Part shown: positions 18,559 through 29,038 of the stretch, piece after piece
How positions within the stretch are numbered: position 1 is the stretch's first letter
How the letters are laid out: each line of letters opens with the position of its first letter
Assembly (NCBI GenBank): GCA_963791795.1
Contig: CAWBTP010000010.1
Coordinates: 503,808 to 567,807 of the forward strand
Origin: an uncultured Acidimicrobiia bacterium
Lineage (GTDB): Bacteria > Acidobacteriota > Terriglobia > Versatilivoradales > Versatilivoraceae
DNA length: 64,000 nt
Reading direction: 5' to 3'
Translations under genes and position numbers: made by a program
The notes under the pieces: model-generated
The model's database searches: none
What the model was told of the DNA's origin: nothing
What the model saw: the letters and a program-made list of their open reading frames with translations, nothing else

Positions 18559-21423
18559 TTATTGAACTCGTTCACCCAGCGCGTTCATCACCGACACTTC
18601 GCCAAGATTCAAATCACGAATTGGCTGTTCAATCTTTTTCCGGTCACCCACGATCACTGCCACAGCATCGTCTGGAGTGAGGTATTTTCGAGCGGCTTTG
18701 CGCGCCTGCTCCAATGACACGTTGTCCATCGATTGGGGATACTGTTGAATATCTTCGAGAGGCAAATCAAACGAGACTACGTCAACTACCTGATCAACCA
18801 GCCGGCCGAGGGTCTCAAACCGCTGCGCAAACCCGCGGATGAGATTTGTCTTGGCCATTTCCAGCTCATCGGCAGTGATCATTCTCTCGTCCCGAATCTG
18901 CCGGACTTCCTTGCGGAATTCCAACAAGGTTTCGCACGTGAATTGAGTTTGAACTCCTGCGCCGGCTGCCCAAAACCCCAGCCGGCGTCCATAGGCGAAC
19001 ATGGAAGAAGCTCCGTAGGTGTATCCCTTGTCTTCGCGTAAGTTTAGGTTCAGGCGACTGGAGAAAGCCCCACCTAACACGGTGTTCATTAACTCAATGG
19101 CGTAGAGGTCCTCGTTACTTCTGCGGGGTCCGATCGAACCAAAACGGACTTGGGATTGCGGTGCATCTTGGCGGTCAATCAAGCAAATCCGCAGGCCCGC
19201 TGGTGGCTGAACCAACGGCATCTCAGTTGCGACCACGGTACCCCGCTGCCAGCGTCCGAGAGTTCCTTCTGCAAGCCGTACCGCTTCGTCCAAATCTACG
19301 TCACCGGCAAAAATCAATGCGGAGTGATTCGGCTTCCAATATCGATTGTAGTAGTCCTGCAAGCTGGATCGGCTGATCGCCTGGACGGATGCTTCGTATC
19401 CCGCAACCTCGCGGCCGAAAGGATGAGTTTCTCCGAACAGGACGGTGCGAAAAACCTTGCGAGCGATGTTGGGAGGACTATTCCGCTCCTGTAGAATTCC
19501 ATCCAGTCGTTGCCGCCGCTGTCGCTCCAGCTCCTCTTCAGGAAACGAGGGATTCAAAACCAAATCTGCCATGACATCAAGCGATGGACGCAGGTACTTC
19601 TTGAGTGTCTCCAGGCTCGCATGTGACACCTCCGATTCCGCAGAGGTACCCAGTGACGTACCCAGAAGATCCAGTTCTGCTTGAATTTGGAGTGCTGATC
19701 TGGACGTCGTTCCCTCATCCAGCATTTCAGCAGTCATCCAGGCGGTGCCCGCCTGATCGGCAGGATCTTCTGCTGCCCCTGAGCGCACCACCAAACCCAC
19801 TGCGACTTTGGGCAATCCACGACGTTCGCACACGATTACGCGCAATCCATTTGAAAGTTCTGCTGACTGCAGCGGCGGCGGGGTGAATGACTTCTTCTCT
19901 CCCAGAGAGGGCACTCGGCTCCTGTCGAACTCAGCGGCCTTCGGTCGAGATGACCCTTCTGGTTTGAACGTGACGCTCAAACGGTTTGAAGAGCTCAGGT
20001 AATGCTCGGCGACGTTGCGAATAGCGCCCACGGTGACCCGCTCGAATCGCTCGTAGTCCTGTGCGAAAAAGCCAGGGGCTCCCAAGTAGGTGTTGTACTG
20101 ATTCAACAGGTCAGCCTTTCCCCCAAAGCCTCCCAATCGTTCCAATCCATTGACGAAATCAAATTCCTGCTTGGCTTTCTCCCGCAATAATTCTTCTTCC
20201 GAAGGTCCACGTTCGGCAAAGCGTCCCACTTCCTCCAGAATCATTGCCTCAAGTTCAGCAAGACTCTGGCCAGGTCGGGCCGTTGCTATGATGCCAAACA
20301 GACCTGCAATCTCGAGCGAATAGTTGAAAGCGGACACATCAGACGCAATCTGGCGGTCGTAAACGAGAGTCTTGTAGAGGCGGGAGTTCTTTCCTTGCGA
20401 GAGGATACGCGATGCGAGGTCCAGCTCTGCATCGTCGGCCTGAAAGTAGCCTGGTGTGGGCCAGACAAGGTAAAGGCGTTCCTGCGGAACGCGGTCGGCC
20501 ACAACAATGCGCTTCTCACCCTCCAGACGGGGCACCCATCGGACGGGTCTTTCCAGAGCTGGCCCTGGTGGAAAGGGTCCGAAGTACTTTTCAAGCAGCC
20601 GTTTCGTCCCATCCACATCGAAGTCACCTGCCACGACCAGGCTGCAGTTGTTCGGCGTGTAGAAGGTACTGAAGAAGGCCTTAACGTCCTCCACGGTCGC
20701 AGCGTCGAGATGCTCCTGCGAGCCAATAACCAGCCATGAATACGGATGTCCTTTGGGAAACAGGTTCTCAAAGATCATCTGAATGGCGCGGCCATAGGGC
20801 ACATTCTCATAACTTTGCCGTCGCTCATTCTTTACGACGTCGCGCTGGTTGTCGAATTTCTCTTGAGTCAGCGCATCGGTAAGGAATCCCATGCGGTCTG
20901 ATTCAAGCCATAGGGCATATTCCAAAGCTTCGCGGGGAACGGTTTGGAAATAGTTCGTCCGATCAAAACTTGTAGTGCCATTGACACCACCCTCACGAAG
21001 GTTGGCGCCCGCTTTCTCGATGTAGGTGATGTACTCTCCGTCGGCATGCTTGGAGCCCTGAAACATCATGTGCTCAAACAAATGAGCGAACCCGGTTCGA
21101 TTCGGGTTTTCGTTTTTCGATCCCACGTGGTACCAAAGATTCACGTGGACAACGGGAAGCTTCGGATCGTGGTGCAGAATGACCTGCAAACCGTTGTCTA
21201 ACAGATACTTTTCAAATGGGATGCTCAGCTCGACTGACAAATGGGGCTCCTTCTGCGACAAGAACTTGAGGCTGATAGGATGACTTGCGAAAAGACCGAT
21301 GGTGACACCGGGCAGGATGCTGATCGGGGTTTCCCTGAAGGTAGATCTAGTTGCCTGACAGCGCTTCCCAACGGAGCCCATTGTGTGCCACCCGGGGAAA
21401 ATTCCCAAGCAGATTTTATGCAC
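18559..21423 (-). CDS. M16-family (pitrilysin/insulinase-like) zinc metallopeptidase, double M16 repeat
   Basis: Inverted zinc motif HLFEHMMFQGS and two M16 active/inactive halves, ~950 aa. The true start is probably an internal Met (about M15). Confidence 0.85.
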   Translation of the reverse strand: MHKICLGIFPGWHTMGSVGKRCQATRSTFRETPISILPGVTIGLFASHPISLKFLSQKEPHLSVELSIPFEKYLLDNGLQVILHHDPKLPVVHVNLWYHVGSKNENPNRTGFAHLFEHMMFQGSKHADGEYITYIEKAGANLREGGVNGTTSFDRTNYFQTVPREALEYALWLESDRMGFLTDALTQEKFDNQRDVVKNERRQSYENVPYGRAIQMIFENLFPKGHPYSWLVIGSQEHLDAATVEDVKAFFSTFYTPNNCSLVVAGDFDVDGTKRLLEKYFGPFPPGPALERPVRWVPRLEGEKRIVVADRVPQERLYLVWPTPGYFQADDAELDLASRILSQGKNSRLYKTLVYDRQIASDVSAFNYSLEIAGLFGIIATARPGQSLAELEAMILEEVGRFAERGPSEEELLREKAKQEFDFVNGLERLGGFGGKADLLNQYNTYLGAPGFFAQDYERFERVTVGAIRNVAEHYLSSSNRLSVTFKPEGSSRPKAAEFDRSRVPSLGEKKSFTPPPLQSAELSNGLRVIVCERRGLPKVAVGLVVRSGAAEDPADQAGTAWMTAEMLDEGTTSRSALQIQAELDLLGTSLGTSAESEVSHASLETLKKYLRPSLDVMADLVLNPSFPEEELERQRRQRLDGILQERNSPPNIARKVFRTVLFGETHPFGREVAGYEASVQAISRSSLQDYYNRYWKPNHSALIFAGDVDLDEAVRLAEGTLGRWQRGTVVATEMPLVQPPAGLRICLIDRQDAPQSQVRFGSIGPRRSNEDLYAIELMNTVLGGAFSSRLNLNLREDKGYTYGASSMFAYGRRLGFWAAGAGVQTQFTCETLLEFRKEVRQIRDERMITADELEMAKTNLIRGFAQRFETLGRLVDQVVDVVSFDLPLEDIQQYPQSMDNVSLEQARKAARKYLTPDDAVAVIVGDRKKIEQPIRDLNLGEVSVMNALGERVQ

Positions 21424-21526
21424 ACGATCGCGAGACTTGCTAGCAAATCACCGGCAGGCTTGGTTTCTCACAATGTGAACAATCGTCAGACGTCACCTTC
21501 CCCTGGGAACCGATGACCTAGGGAAG

Positions 21527-23165
21527 CTAGCGATAAACCTTTCGCTTGAAGCCCTCCACAAAGCCACGCAGGATGGGAGACAAATCGCCGCGTTCCAGCC
21601 GCACTTCAATCAGTGTAAAGGTCGTGCAGCTCACGGCCTCTTCCAGGGCAATGCGCAATTCCCCTGGCGTTTTCACTTGAACTCCATGCCCACCCCAAAG
21701 ATCGGCCAGCTGGGCAAACGGCCAGGAAACCGTTTCGTTATAGCGCGCGTGAGGAAAGAACGCTTGCAACATTTCCCATCGGGTGTTGTTCAGGAGCACC
21801 ACAATTGGGTTTAGCCCGTAGCGCGAGCAATGGGCGATCTCCGGCCCGGTCATCTGAAAGGCACCGTCGCCAACCAGCACCAGGGGGCGCCGCCCGCTGG
21901 CCACTTGCAAGCCGATGGATCCCGGGACAGCAAACCCCATGGTTGCGTAGTAGGCTGGCCCAACACAGACATCGGCTCGAATGTCGACTGTCGCGAACAG
22001 ACTATCGCCGGTGTCGCACACCACAGGAAACTCAGTATGGCGGCTGGCGAAGTCGTTGAGGACATGAATCAAATGTCGAACCCGAATGCGATCGTCTTCG
22101 GCATAGGGCTCAAAAATCTCTGGCGAAATGCCCGCCTGCCACCCGGGAACACAATTCTCTTTCTGAGGCAATCGCGTCGACTGCACCAGTCTGTCGACAA
22201 GGGCATCGAGTGGCACGTTGTGAAACATGTGATGTCTGATGAAGACTTCGCGCGATATGCAAAGTATGCTGTTGCTTTCGTTGACTGACTCGGCGGGAAT
22301 TCCCAAGCTGACGTCGCTGATAAGGACGCCAAGCAGCAGCAGACAGTCAGACTGCTCAACGATCTCACGCAACGGCGCCGGACTTACCGTTCCCAGGTAA
22401 GTACCTTTGAACTGTGGATGTGTGGTGGGAAAGACGCCGCGCCCGAGAAAGGAAGAAACCACCGGAATCTGGAGACGCTCTGCCAGATTCACGATCTTCT
22501 TTTGCAAGCCGAATCGGTGTGCTTCCACCCCCACGACGAGCACTGGGTGCCGGCTGGTCGTCAGACGATCCAGAATCTCTTCGCTGGCTTCTGTGAGGGC
22601 TCCTTCGTCTATTCTGACGTGCATCGGTTCGAAAGACTCTGGCACGGGAATCTCAGTGAACACCATGTCACGAGGTACCTCAAGGTAGACGGGGCGCATC
22701 AATTGCAGAGCGAGGTCCAAGGCTTTGCGAATTTCAGCTGCGGCAGTCCGTGGATTGTCCAGAATGGCTCCATACTCAACAACTTCGTTGTAAACCTTCA
22801 ATTGAGACTCGTAGGATTTCACTTCGTGATGGACCAGAATGCCGCGGCGCTTCTCCAGCATACCTGGTCCGCCGGAGATGACGACCAGAGGAGATTTTTC
22901 AGCGTACGCGCAAGCCACTGAATTCACCATGTTCAGACCACCCGCGCCATAGGTCACCAGGCAGACGCCGAGGCCGTTGGTAATGCGCGCCGCTGCGTCA
23001 GCGGCGAAACCGACCGCAGGCTCGTGGCTGAACGTCACGAGTCGAAACTTTCCGTATCTTCTCGAGAGCTTCATAGAGGTTCAGCACATAGTCGCCGGGT
23101 ATGCCGAAGATCTGGCGGACGCCGCGGGAATGAAGCTCAGCAAAAAGGAATTCACACAATTGCAT
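21527..23165 (-). CDS. Thiamine-diphosphate-dependent 2-keto-acid decarboxylase (indolepyruvate/pyruvate decarboxylase family), N-terminal frameshift
   Basis: Body ORF 21527..23074 matches the IPDC/PDC Pyr and PP domains. The missing N-terminus (MQLCEFLFAELHSRGVRQIFGIPGDYVLNLYEAL) lies upstream in another frame from the ATG at 23165 (RBS GGGAGG). A 1-nt indel near 23050 (AAAG run) separates them. Confidence 0.75.
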
Positions 23166-23272
23166 GGTTCAGCCTCCCGGAACGTCTCCGTCTTCGGCGG
23201 GAACTCTTGCGTTTCCACTGGCTCCTGCCTACACTGAGTCGGCCTCTACCCACCCAACCTAAGGAGTGATGC

Positions 23273-24052
23273 ATGTTTCAACCCAGCGCAGCGAAGTTTC
23301 TGTGGTCTTTTCTGCTCTGCCTGCTTTTCATTCTGAGCTTGCCTCTGAGCTCAGTCGCTCAAAAGACAAAGGCCCGGCCCAAGATTCTCTACCTCACTCA
23401 CTCGGCGGGCTTCAAGCATGAGGTCCTGCCCTTTTCGGAAGGTGTGCTGCAGCGGCTTGGCGAGCAATCAGGTGCTTTTGAGTCGATTGCGACGCCGGAC
23501 TGTTCGCTGATCAACGCAAGTTACCTGAAGAACTTCGACGGCCTCGTTTTCTATACAACCGGCGAGCTGCCGTTTTCTGTGGAACAGAAGGAGGCGTTCC
23601 TAGACTTTATCAACTCAGGCAAGGGCTTCATCGGCATCCATAGTGCTACCGACACATTCTACCAATGGCCTGAGTACGGGAAGATCATTGGAGGCTATTT
23701 TGACCATCACCCCTGGCATCAAGACGTTGTCATCAAGGTGGAGGATTCCGCCCACCCCTCGGTGAAGCATCTGGCGCCGTCATTCAAAATCAAGGACGAG
23801 ATCTACCAGTTCAAGAACTTCTCCAAGGATCAAGTGCACGTATTGCTCAGCCTCGACAACAGCTCAATCGATCTCAACAAACCCAACGTCCACCGGGCCG
23901 ACAAGTACTTTGCAAATGCTTGGACGAATACCTTTGGCAAGGGCCGGATTTTTTATACGGCTCTAGGACATCGGGAAGATGTTTGGAGTGACCCGCGCTT
24001 TCAAAAACATCTGGTAAACGGAATTCGCTGGGCGTTAGGCAATCTGAAATAG
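23273..24052 (+). CDS. ThuA-like (trehalose utilisation / class-I glutamine amidotransferase-like) secreted protein
   Basis: Signal peptide, then GFIGIHSATDTF and FYTALGH motifs typical of the ThuA family. Confidence 0.75.
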   Translation: MFQPSAAKFLWSFLLCLLFILSLPLSSVAQKTKARPKILYLTHSAGFKHEVLPFSEGVLQRLGEQSGAFESIATPDCSLINASYLKNFDGLVFYTTGELPFSVEQKEAFLDFINSGKGFIGIHSATDTFYQWPEYGKIIGGYFDHHPWHQDVVIKVEDSAHPSVKHLAPSFKIKDEIYQFKNFSKDQVHVLLSLDNSSIDLNKPNVHRADKYFANAWTNTFGKGRIFYTALGHREDVWSDPRFQKHLVNGIRWALGNLK

Positions 24053-24075
24053 TGGGTGCTCGGTGACCAACAGGA

Positions 24076-24732
24076 TCAAGGAACCCGAACAGACTCGTTC
24101 TGACCAGCTCCAATCTCTTGCAGCAACTCCTTGGGCGAAGCTGAGCTGATCACCAATTGACGTTGTTCGGGCCTCACAAACCCCTCAAGAATCGCATGTT
24201 GCATGAGATTGACCACTGGGTCGAAGAAGCCCTCGACATTCAACAAGCCGACAGGCTTCCGGTGCAGGCCTAACTGTCCCCAAGTGATCACTTCGAACAG
24301 CTCCTCGAAGGTGCCAAACCCACCGGGCAGCGCGACAAAACCGTCAGCGAGGCTCGACATCATGGCCTTGCGCTCATGCATGCTGGCAACGACGTGAAGT
24401 TGAGTCAACTCAAGGTGGCCAAGTTCTTTGACCATCAAGCTCTCCGGGATAACACCGGTCACCCGTCCGCCGCCCTTTAGGACTTCATCTGCGAGAACTC
24501 CCATCAGCCCGCAGTTACCGCCGCCATAAATCAGTTCGATACCGTTTGCCGCCAGGAGGCTGCCCAGCTCGCGGGCCGCTTCTTGAAACGCATCGCGGTT
24601 GCCCAGGCTGGAGCCACAAAAAACACAAACACGCTGCAACGAGCCCCGTGGAACTCTCCGCGTGTGGTGCTCATCCTCGTCCCCTGCCAAGTTTGATTCG
24701 TCTGCTCTAGTGAAAATATCCGGCTTCGACAC
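24076..24732 (-). CDS. LOG-family cytokinin riboside 5'-monophosphate phosphoribohydrolase-like protein
   Basis: PGGFGTFEE motif and the TIGR00730 Rossmann-like fold signature. Confidence 0.8.
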   Translation of the reverse strand: MSKPDIFTRADESNLAGDEDEHHTRRVPRGSLQRVCVFCGSSLGNRDAFQEAARELGSLLAANGIELIYGGGNCGLMGVLADEVLKGGGRVTGVIPESLMVKELGHLELTQLHVVASMHERKAMMSSLADGFVALPGGFGTFEELFEVITWGQLGLHRKPVGLLNVEGFFDPVVNLMQHAILEGFVRPEQRQLVISSASPKELLQEIGAGQNESVRVP

Positions 24733-24797
24733 AAATTCATCGATTTTGCGCTAACTGTTCATGTCCGTCGCGCCGAAAACTTCCTTCGGAGAAACGC

Positions 24798-25273
24798 ATG
24801 TTGAGCAAAAAAACCTTTCTGTTCTTCGTGACGGCATTTATCTTGTTCGCCGTTGATCTGGGCTGCACTTACACCACTTTGCTGTGCGTGGCGTGCCCAT
24901 CGAGTATGAAGTCAATCAGGTATTTCGCGATTGGGTAATCCGAGACGGCTGGTTGATGTCGATTGGGAAGTTCACGATTCTGAAAACGCTGCTCTTTGCA
25001 CTCGCGGGCTGGGCGATCTTCAGAACACGGAGCCGCATCGCAGCCTTCATCCTCGCGCAGTGCATTGTCAGCAATCACCTCGTTGCCATTTCTTCACACC
25101 CGACGTTGTGGTGGATGGATGACCTGGAATACCGCTCGCTGCTGCTGAAGGGAATTGCGGGGATGTCAATGGTCTTGACCTTCTACGGCATTCGTTTTCT
25201 CCGCGCAACGCCCCGCGCTTCGACGCCCGCCGTAGACTTCGCTCAAGACCTGCCTGTTTGCCCACAGAACTAG
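24798..25273 (+). CDS. Small membrane protein (DUF5658-like), apparently frameshifted
   Basis: ATG at 24798 encodes a TM helix (MLSKKTFLFFVTAFILFAVDLGCTYTTLL) and terminates after ~49 codons. The 129-aa ORF at 24884 continues in another frame (GVPIEYEVNQVF... with further TM helices). Confidence 0.4.
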
Positions 25274-25279
25274 CCTGGT

Positions 25280-25585
25280 TCATCTGCCTTGGCGTTGAGT
25301 ATTTTCAATGATGAACTTTATCTGCTCCTTGTAAATGAAGACGTTTGGCGCATTGTCTCGCGTCAGGCGAATGAAGCTCTTGTCGTAGTACTCAATCCAT
25401 CCAGAAATCTCGTCGTCGTTGACAAGTTTGACAATCACTGGAGTCTTGTCTTGAATCAACTGGCCGAGATACAGGGTCTCGGCATGCGTTTGTTCCTGGA
25501 CGCGAGGCTGCCGCAGCACTGTTTGTGAAACTCCATCCCTTGACTTGTTTGACCGAAAGTTGCGCCGTGGAGGTCGTTTGTTCAT
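25280..25585 (-). CDS. Hfq-like (Sm-fold) protein with Arg/Gln-rich N-terminal extension
   Basis: LGQLIQDKTPVIVKLVNDDEISGWIEYYDKSFIRLT...NVFIYKEQIKFI aligns to the Hfq Sm1/Sm2 pattern ([26 protein letters not shown]...VYKHAIST). Confidence 0.5.
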   Translation of the reverse strand: MNKRPPRRNFRSNKSRDGVSQTVLRQPRVQEQTHAETLYLGQLIQDKTPVIVKLVNDDEISGWIEYYDKSFIRLTRDNAPNVFIYKEQIKFIIENTQRQGR

Positions 25586-25728
25586 GTTGGGTCCTAGTCG
25601 AAGCTATATCGCCGCCGGAATGCCGGGGCCGTCCTTTGCAATGCTGGGTAAAGGTGCTAGCATCCCGACTGCGCTTCCAGCGCGCCGGTTCGCGCTCTAG
25701 CCCAGTGGACTATCACGCCTTCAACCCA

Positions 25729-26586
25729 ATGAAGCAAGGACTGTCAACGCACTACTTGGTGGAAGAGAATCTCGGCGTTGAACGTCTGAAAGAGATCCGT
25801 ACAGTTGGTTTTGACACCCTGGAAATCTTCGCCCTAAAGCCACACTTTGATTACCAGGACAAGAAACTCACCAGCGACCTTGCCTCCTGGCTCCGCGACC
25901 AAGGTGATTTCTTGCAGTCCCTTCATACACCTTTTTGCATGGACTATCAAGCCAGGGGAAACCGCGAATGGCTGTCCATTGCGGATCCCGAGCGCCTCCG
26001 ACGGGAGAAGGCCGTGGATGAGATCCGCCGAGCTCTGGAGTTTTCCGAGAAGGTTTCCTTTCCGTTGGCCATCGTCCACATGGGAGCGCCCGAAGACCGC
26101 TTCAGTCCCCGACATCTGGATGCCACCTTCTACAGCTTGGAGATACTGCTGCCCTTTGCAGGAGCGCGAGGTGTGAAACTGGCCTTGGAAAACATTCCCA
26201 ATGGATTGTCTTCCGTGGAACGCATGAGGCGTTTTCTTGAAGATGCCCAACTGCCTGAGGTGGGCATCTGTTTCGACTCCGGCCACTCTTTTCTCCAAGC
26301 CGATCCTCACCAGGAGATTCGCGACGGCGAGGATTGGATTGTGGCGACGCATTTGCACGACAATCACCGCATGAAGGATGAGCACCTGCTACCATTTGAC
26401 GGGGACATCGATTGGCCGAAGATCCTTGAGGCATTGGAGGCTGTTCAGTACTCGGGCAGCTTGACCTTGGAACTCAAGGCTTGGAATCGCCCACCTGAAG
26501 CTGTCTTGAAGTTGGCGCGTGAGCGCTTCGATCGTTTTGCAAGGTGCCAGGAAGAACTGATGGAACTGAAAACCCGGGAGGGATGA
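25729..26586 (+). CDS. Sugar phosphate isomerase/epimerase (xylose-isomerase-like TIM barrel)
   Basis: AP-endonuclease-2/Xyl-isomerase-like TIM motifs (LALENIP, HLHDN). Start placed at ATG 25729 ([10 protein letters not shown]). Confidence 0.8.
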   Translation: MKQGLSTHYLVEENLGVERLKEIRTVGFDTLEIFALKPHFDYQDKKLTSDLASWLRDQGDFLQSLHTPFCMDYQARGNREWLSIADPERLRREKAVDEIRRALEFSEKVSFPLAIVHMGAPEDRFSPRHLDATFYSLEILLPFAGARGVKLALENIPNGLSSVERMRRFLEDAQLPEVGICFDSGHSFLQADPHQEIRDGEDWIVATHLHDNHRMKDEHLLPFDGDIDWPKILEALEAVQYSGSLTLELKAWNRPPEAVLKLARERFDRFARCQEELMELKTREG

Positions 26587-27896
26587 TGCCCGTCGTCAGC
26601 ATTAGCGATCTTTCGAAATATGATGGTCAAGAGGTGACCGTCCAAGGCTGGCTGTATAACATCCGATCCAGTGGCAAGATTATTTTCCCCATCTTGCGTG
26701 ACGGCAGCGGCTTGCTGCAATGCATCGTTTTCAAGAACAACGTTAGTCCGGAGGTGTTCGAAAAGGCGAAGGCACTGACTCAGGAATCATCGTTGGAACT
26801 AACCGGGACGGCTCGAAAGGTGCCCGAGGGCAAGTCCGCTCCTGGTGGTTATGAACTGGACGTCAAGGAGTTAGTGGTGGTTCAACTCGTGCCTCCGGAG
26901 CAACCGTTCCCGATTACTCCGAAGGAACATGGCATCGAGTTCCTGATGGATCAGCGCCACCTTTGGATTCGCTCGTCGCGGCAGTATGCCATTTTGAAGA
27001 TCCGTCATGAGATCATTCGCGCAGTGCGTAGCTTCTTTGACGATCGCGGCTTCGTGCTTGTCGATACACCCATCTTTACTCCTGCCGCCTGCGAAGGCAC
27101 GACAAACCTGTTTGAGGTGGGGTATTTCGATGACAAGGCCTACCTGACCCAATCCGGGCAACTCTACAATGAAGCAACGGCTGCAGCCTTTGGCAAGGTT
27201 TACTGCTTCGGACCGACGTTTCGCGCCGAGAAATCCAAGACGCGGCGGCACCTCACGGAGTTCTGGATGGTGGAGCCTGAAGTCGCCTTTGCGACGCTAG
27301 AGGATGTGATGGTGCTTGCAGAGGAGTTCATCACCAGCATCGTGCAGAACGTCCTCAAGAACAGGAAAGCCGAGCTTCAGGCGCTCGAGCGGGACATCAG
27401 CAAGCTGGAGCAGATTGCGCCGCCTTTCCCGCGGATTCCATATGACGAGGCTGTGAAAAACTTGCAATCACGTGGCTCCGAAATTCAGTGGGGCAACGAC
27501 TTCGGCGGTGGCGACGAAACCATTCTGTCGCAGCAATTCGACCGTCCCGTGATGGTGCATCGCTATCCGGCCCAGGTGAAAGCGTTTTACATGGAGCCCG
27601 ATCCCGGACGTCCAGAGCTGGCTTTGTGTGTTGACGTGCTGGCGCCGGAGGGCTACGGCGAGATCATCGGTGGCGGCCAACGCGCTTCCAGTCTCGAACT
27701 ATTGAACCAGCGGATTCAAGAGCATCATCTGCCACCTGAAGCATTTGATTGGTATCTGGACCTTCGAAAGTATGGAACCTTTCCGCACGCAGGATTCGGA
27801 ATGGGCATCGAACGCGCTGTAGCTTGGATTTGCGGACTCGAACACGTGCGCGAAACCATTCCGTTCCCCAGAATGCTGTATAGGCTGAAGCCCTGA
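26583..27896 (+). CDS. asnS: Asparagine--tRNA ligase
   Basis: Class II motifs, with [28 protein letters not shown] and the C-terminal GEIIGGGQR...[13 protein letters not shown]...IPFPR closely matching AsnRS. Confidence 0.85.
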   Translation: MMPVVSISDLSKYDGQEVTVQGWLYNIRSSGKIIFPILRDGSGLLQCIVFKNNVSPEVFEKAKALTQESSLELTGTARKVPEGKSAPGGYELDVKELVVVQLVPPEQPFPITPKEHGIEFLMDQRHLWIRSSRQYAILKIRHEIIRAVRSFFDDRGFVLVDTPIFTPAACEGTTNLFEVGYFDDKAYLTQSGQLYNEATAAAFGKVYCFGPTFRAEKSKTRRHLTEFWMVEPEVAFATLEDVMVLAEEFITSIVQNVLKNRKAELQALERDISKLEQIAPPFPRIPYDEAVKNLQSRGSEIQWGNDFGGGDETILSQQFDRPVMVHRYPAQVKAFYMEPDPGRPELALCVDVLAPEGYGEIIGGGQRASSLELLNQRIQEHHLPPEAFDWYLDLRKYGTFPHAGFGMGIERAVAWICGLEHVRETIPFPRMLYRLKP

Positions 27897-27978
27897 GGCT
27901 TGACCATTGAGGATTGCGAATTGAGACTTGCGATCCTCCATCGTCAAGCCTCCTCAGTGTTGGCGCCAACGCGCAACC

Positions 27979-28890
27979 ATGACGAAGCCCCTCACCATCA
28001 TCGGCGTTCCCCTCGACCTCGGTTCGGGCCGGCGTGGTGTAGACATGGGACCAAGCGCTGTGCGCGTGGCCGATTTGAACGGTCGCGTGGCTTCTCTGGG
28101 TTATGAAGTGATGGACGCAGGTGATGTTCCGGTGAGCATTGCGGAGACGCTCCATTATGGTGAGAGCCACAGCAAGTTTCTGAACGAGATACTACAGGCA
28201 TGCGAGCATCTCGCGAGGCTTGTTGAAGAAACTCTGGGAAAGGCGCAGTTGCCGATCGTGCTGGGTGGGGACCATTCCATTGCCATAGGGACGCTGGCTG
28301 GTGTTGCCAAACACTTTCACGGCCAGCAGGACAACGTGGGGCTCATCTGGTTTGACGCGCATGCTGACTTCAACACTCCGCAGAGCTCACCAAGCGGCAA
28401 CGTGCATGGCATGCCGCTGGCCGCTTCGGTCGGGGTCGGGCCAGAACGGCTGACGCACTTTTATGGAATTGACCCAAAAATCAAACCTCAAAATGCCGTC
28501 CTGGTAGGAGTTCGCGACATTGACGCCCAGGAGAAGGAATTGCTGGCGTCCTCGGCAGTGCGTGTCTTCACCATGCGGGATATTGATGAGCGTGGCATGC
28601 GGAGCGTCGTGGAGGAAGCCATTCGGATTGCCTCGCTACACACAGCGGGCATGGCAGTTTCGTGGGATATGGACTTCCTCGATCCAGCGTTTGCACCAGG
28701 AGTGGGAACACCAGTGAAGGGTGGCGCGTCTTACAGGGAAGCGCACCTCGCGATGGAGATGATTGCCGATACCAACCGGCTCGTATCCTTGGAGTTGGTG
28801 GAAGTCAATCCGGTGCTGGATCACATGAACACAACGGCCGCTTTAGGAGTCGAGCTGATTCAGTCGGCGTTAGGGAAAAAGATTCTGTGA
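27979..28890 (+). CDS. rocF: Arginase (ureohydrolase family)
   Basis: Mn-binding motifs GGDHSIAIG, DAHADFNTP and SWDMDFLDP. ATG at 27979 (MTKPLTIIGVP). Confidence 0.85.
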   Translation: MTKPLTIIGVPLDLGSGRRGVDMGPSAVRVADLNGRVASLGYEVMDAGDVPVSIAETLHYGESHSKFLNEILQACEHLARLVEETLGKAQLPIVLGGDHSIAIGTLAGVAKHFHGQQDNVGLIWFDAHADFNTPQSSPSGNVHGMPLAASVGVGPERLTHFYGIDPKIKPQNAVLVGVRDIDAQEKELLASSAVRVFTMRDIDERGMRSVVEEAIRIASLHTAGMAVSWDMDFLDPAFAPGVGTPVKGGASYREAHLAMEMIADTNRLVSLELVEVNPVLDHMNTTAALGVELIQSALGKKIL

Positions 28891-28909
28891 CGAAGTGTCA
28901 CCATCGGGC

Positions 28910-28972
28910 GTCATTCCGGCGAAAGCCGGAATCCAGTTGTCCCGGGCTTCCAAATGTGTTCGCAGGAATGAC
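28910..28972. other. Nested inverted-repeat element (GTCATTCCGGC-GAAA-GCCGGAATC ... GGAATGAC)
   Basis: Perfect 8-bp stem with a GNRA-type loop, plus an outer complementary arm. It lies between the rocF stop and the ddl start. Confidence 0.3.
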
Positions 28973-29038
28973 TGTTGCGTGTTCGAAGAAGGTTAGGTGA
29001 CGCGTTTTGGGTTTTCCCCGTCCACTTGTGCAATCCCT

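Noticed and set aside
19150-20800. Cluster of 60-160-aa ORFs within and antisense to the M16 peptidase gene
   Set aside because: All are embedded in a 954-aa ORF with clear M16 homology. They are frame artefacts.
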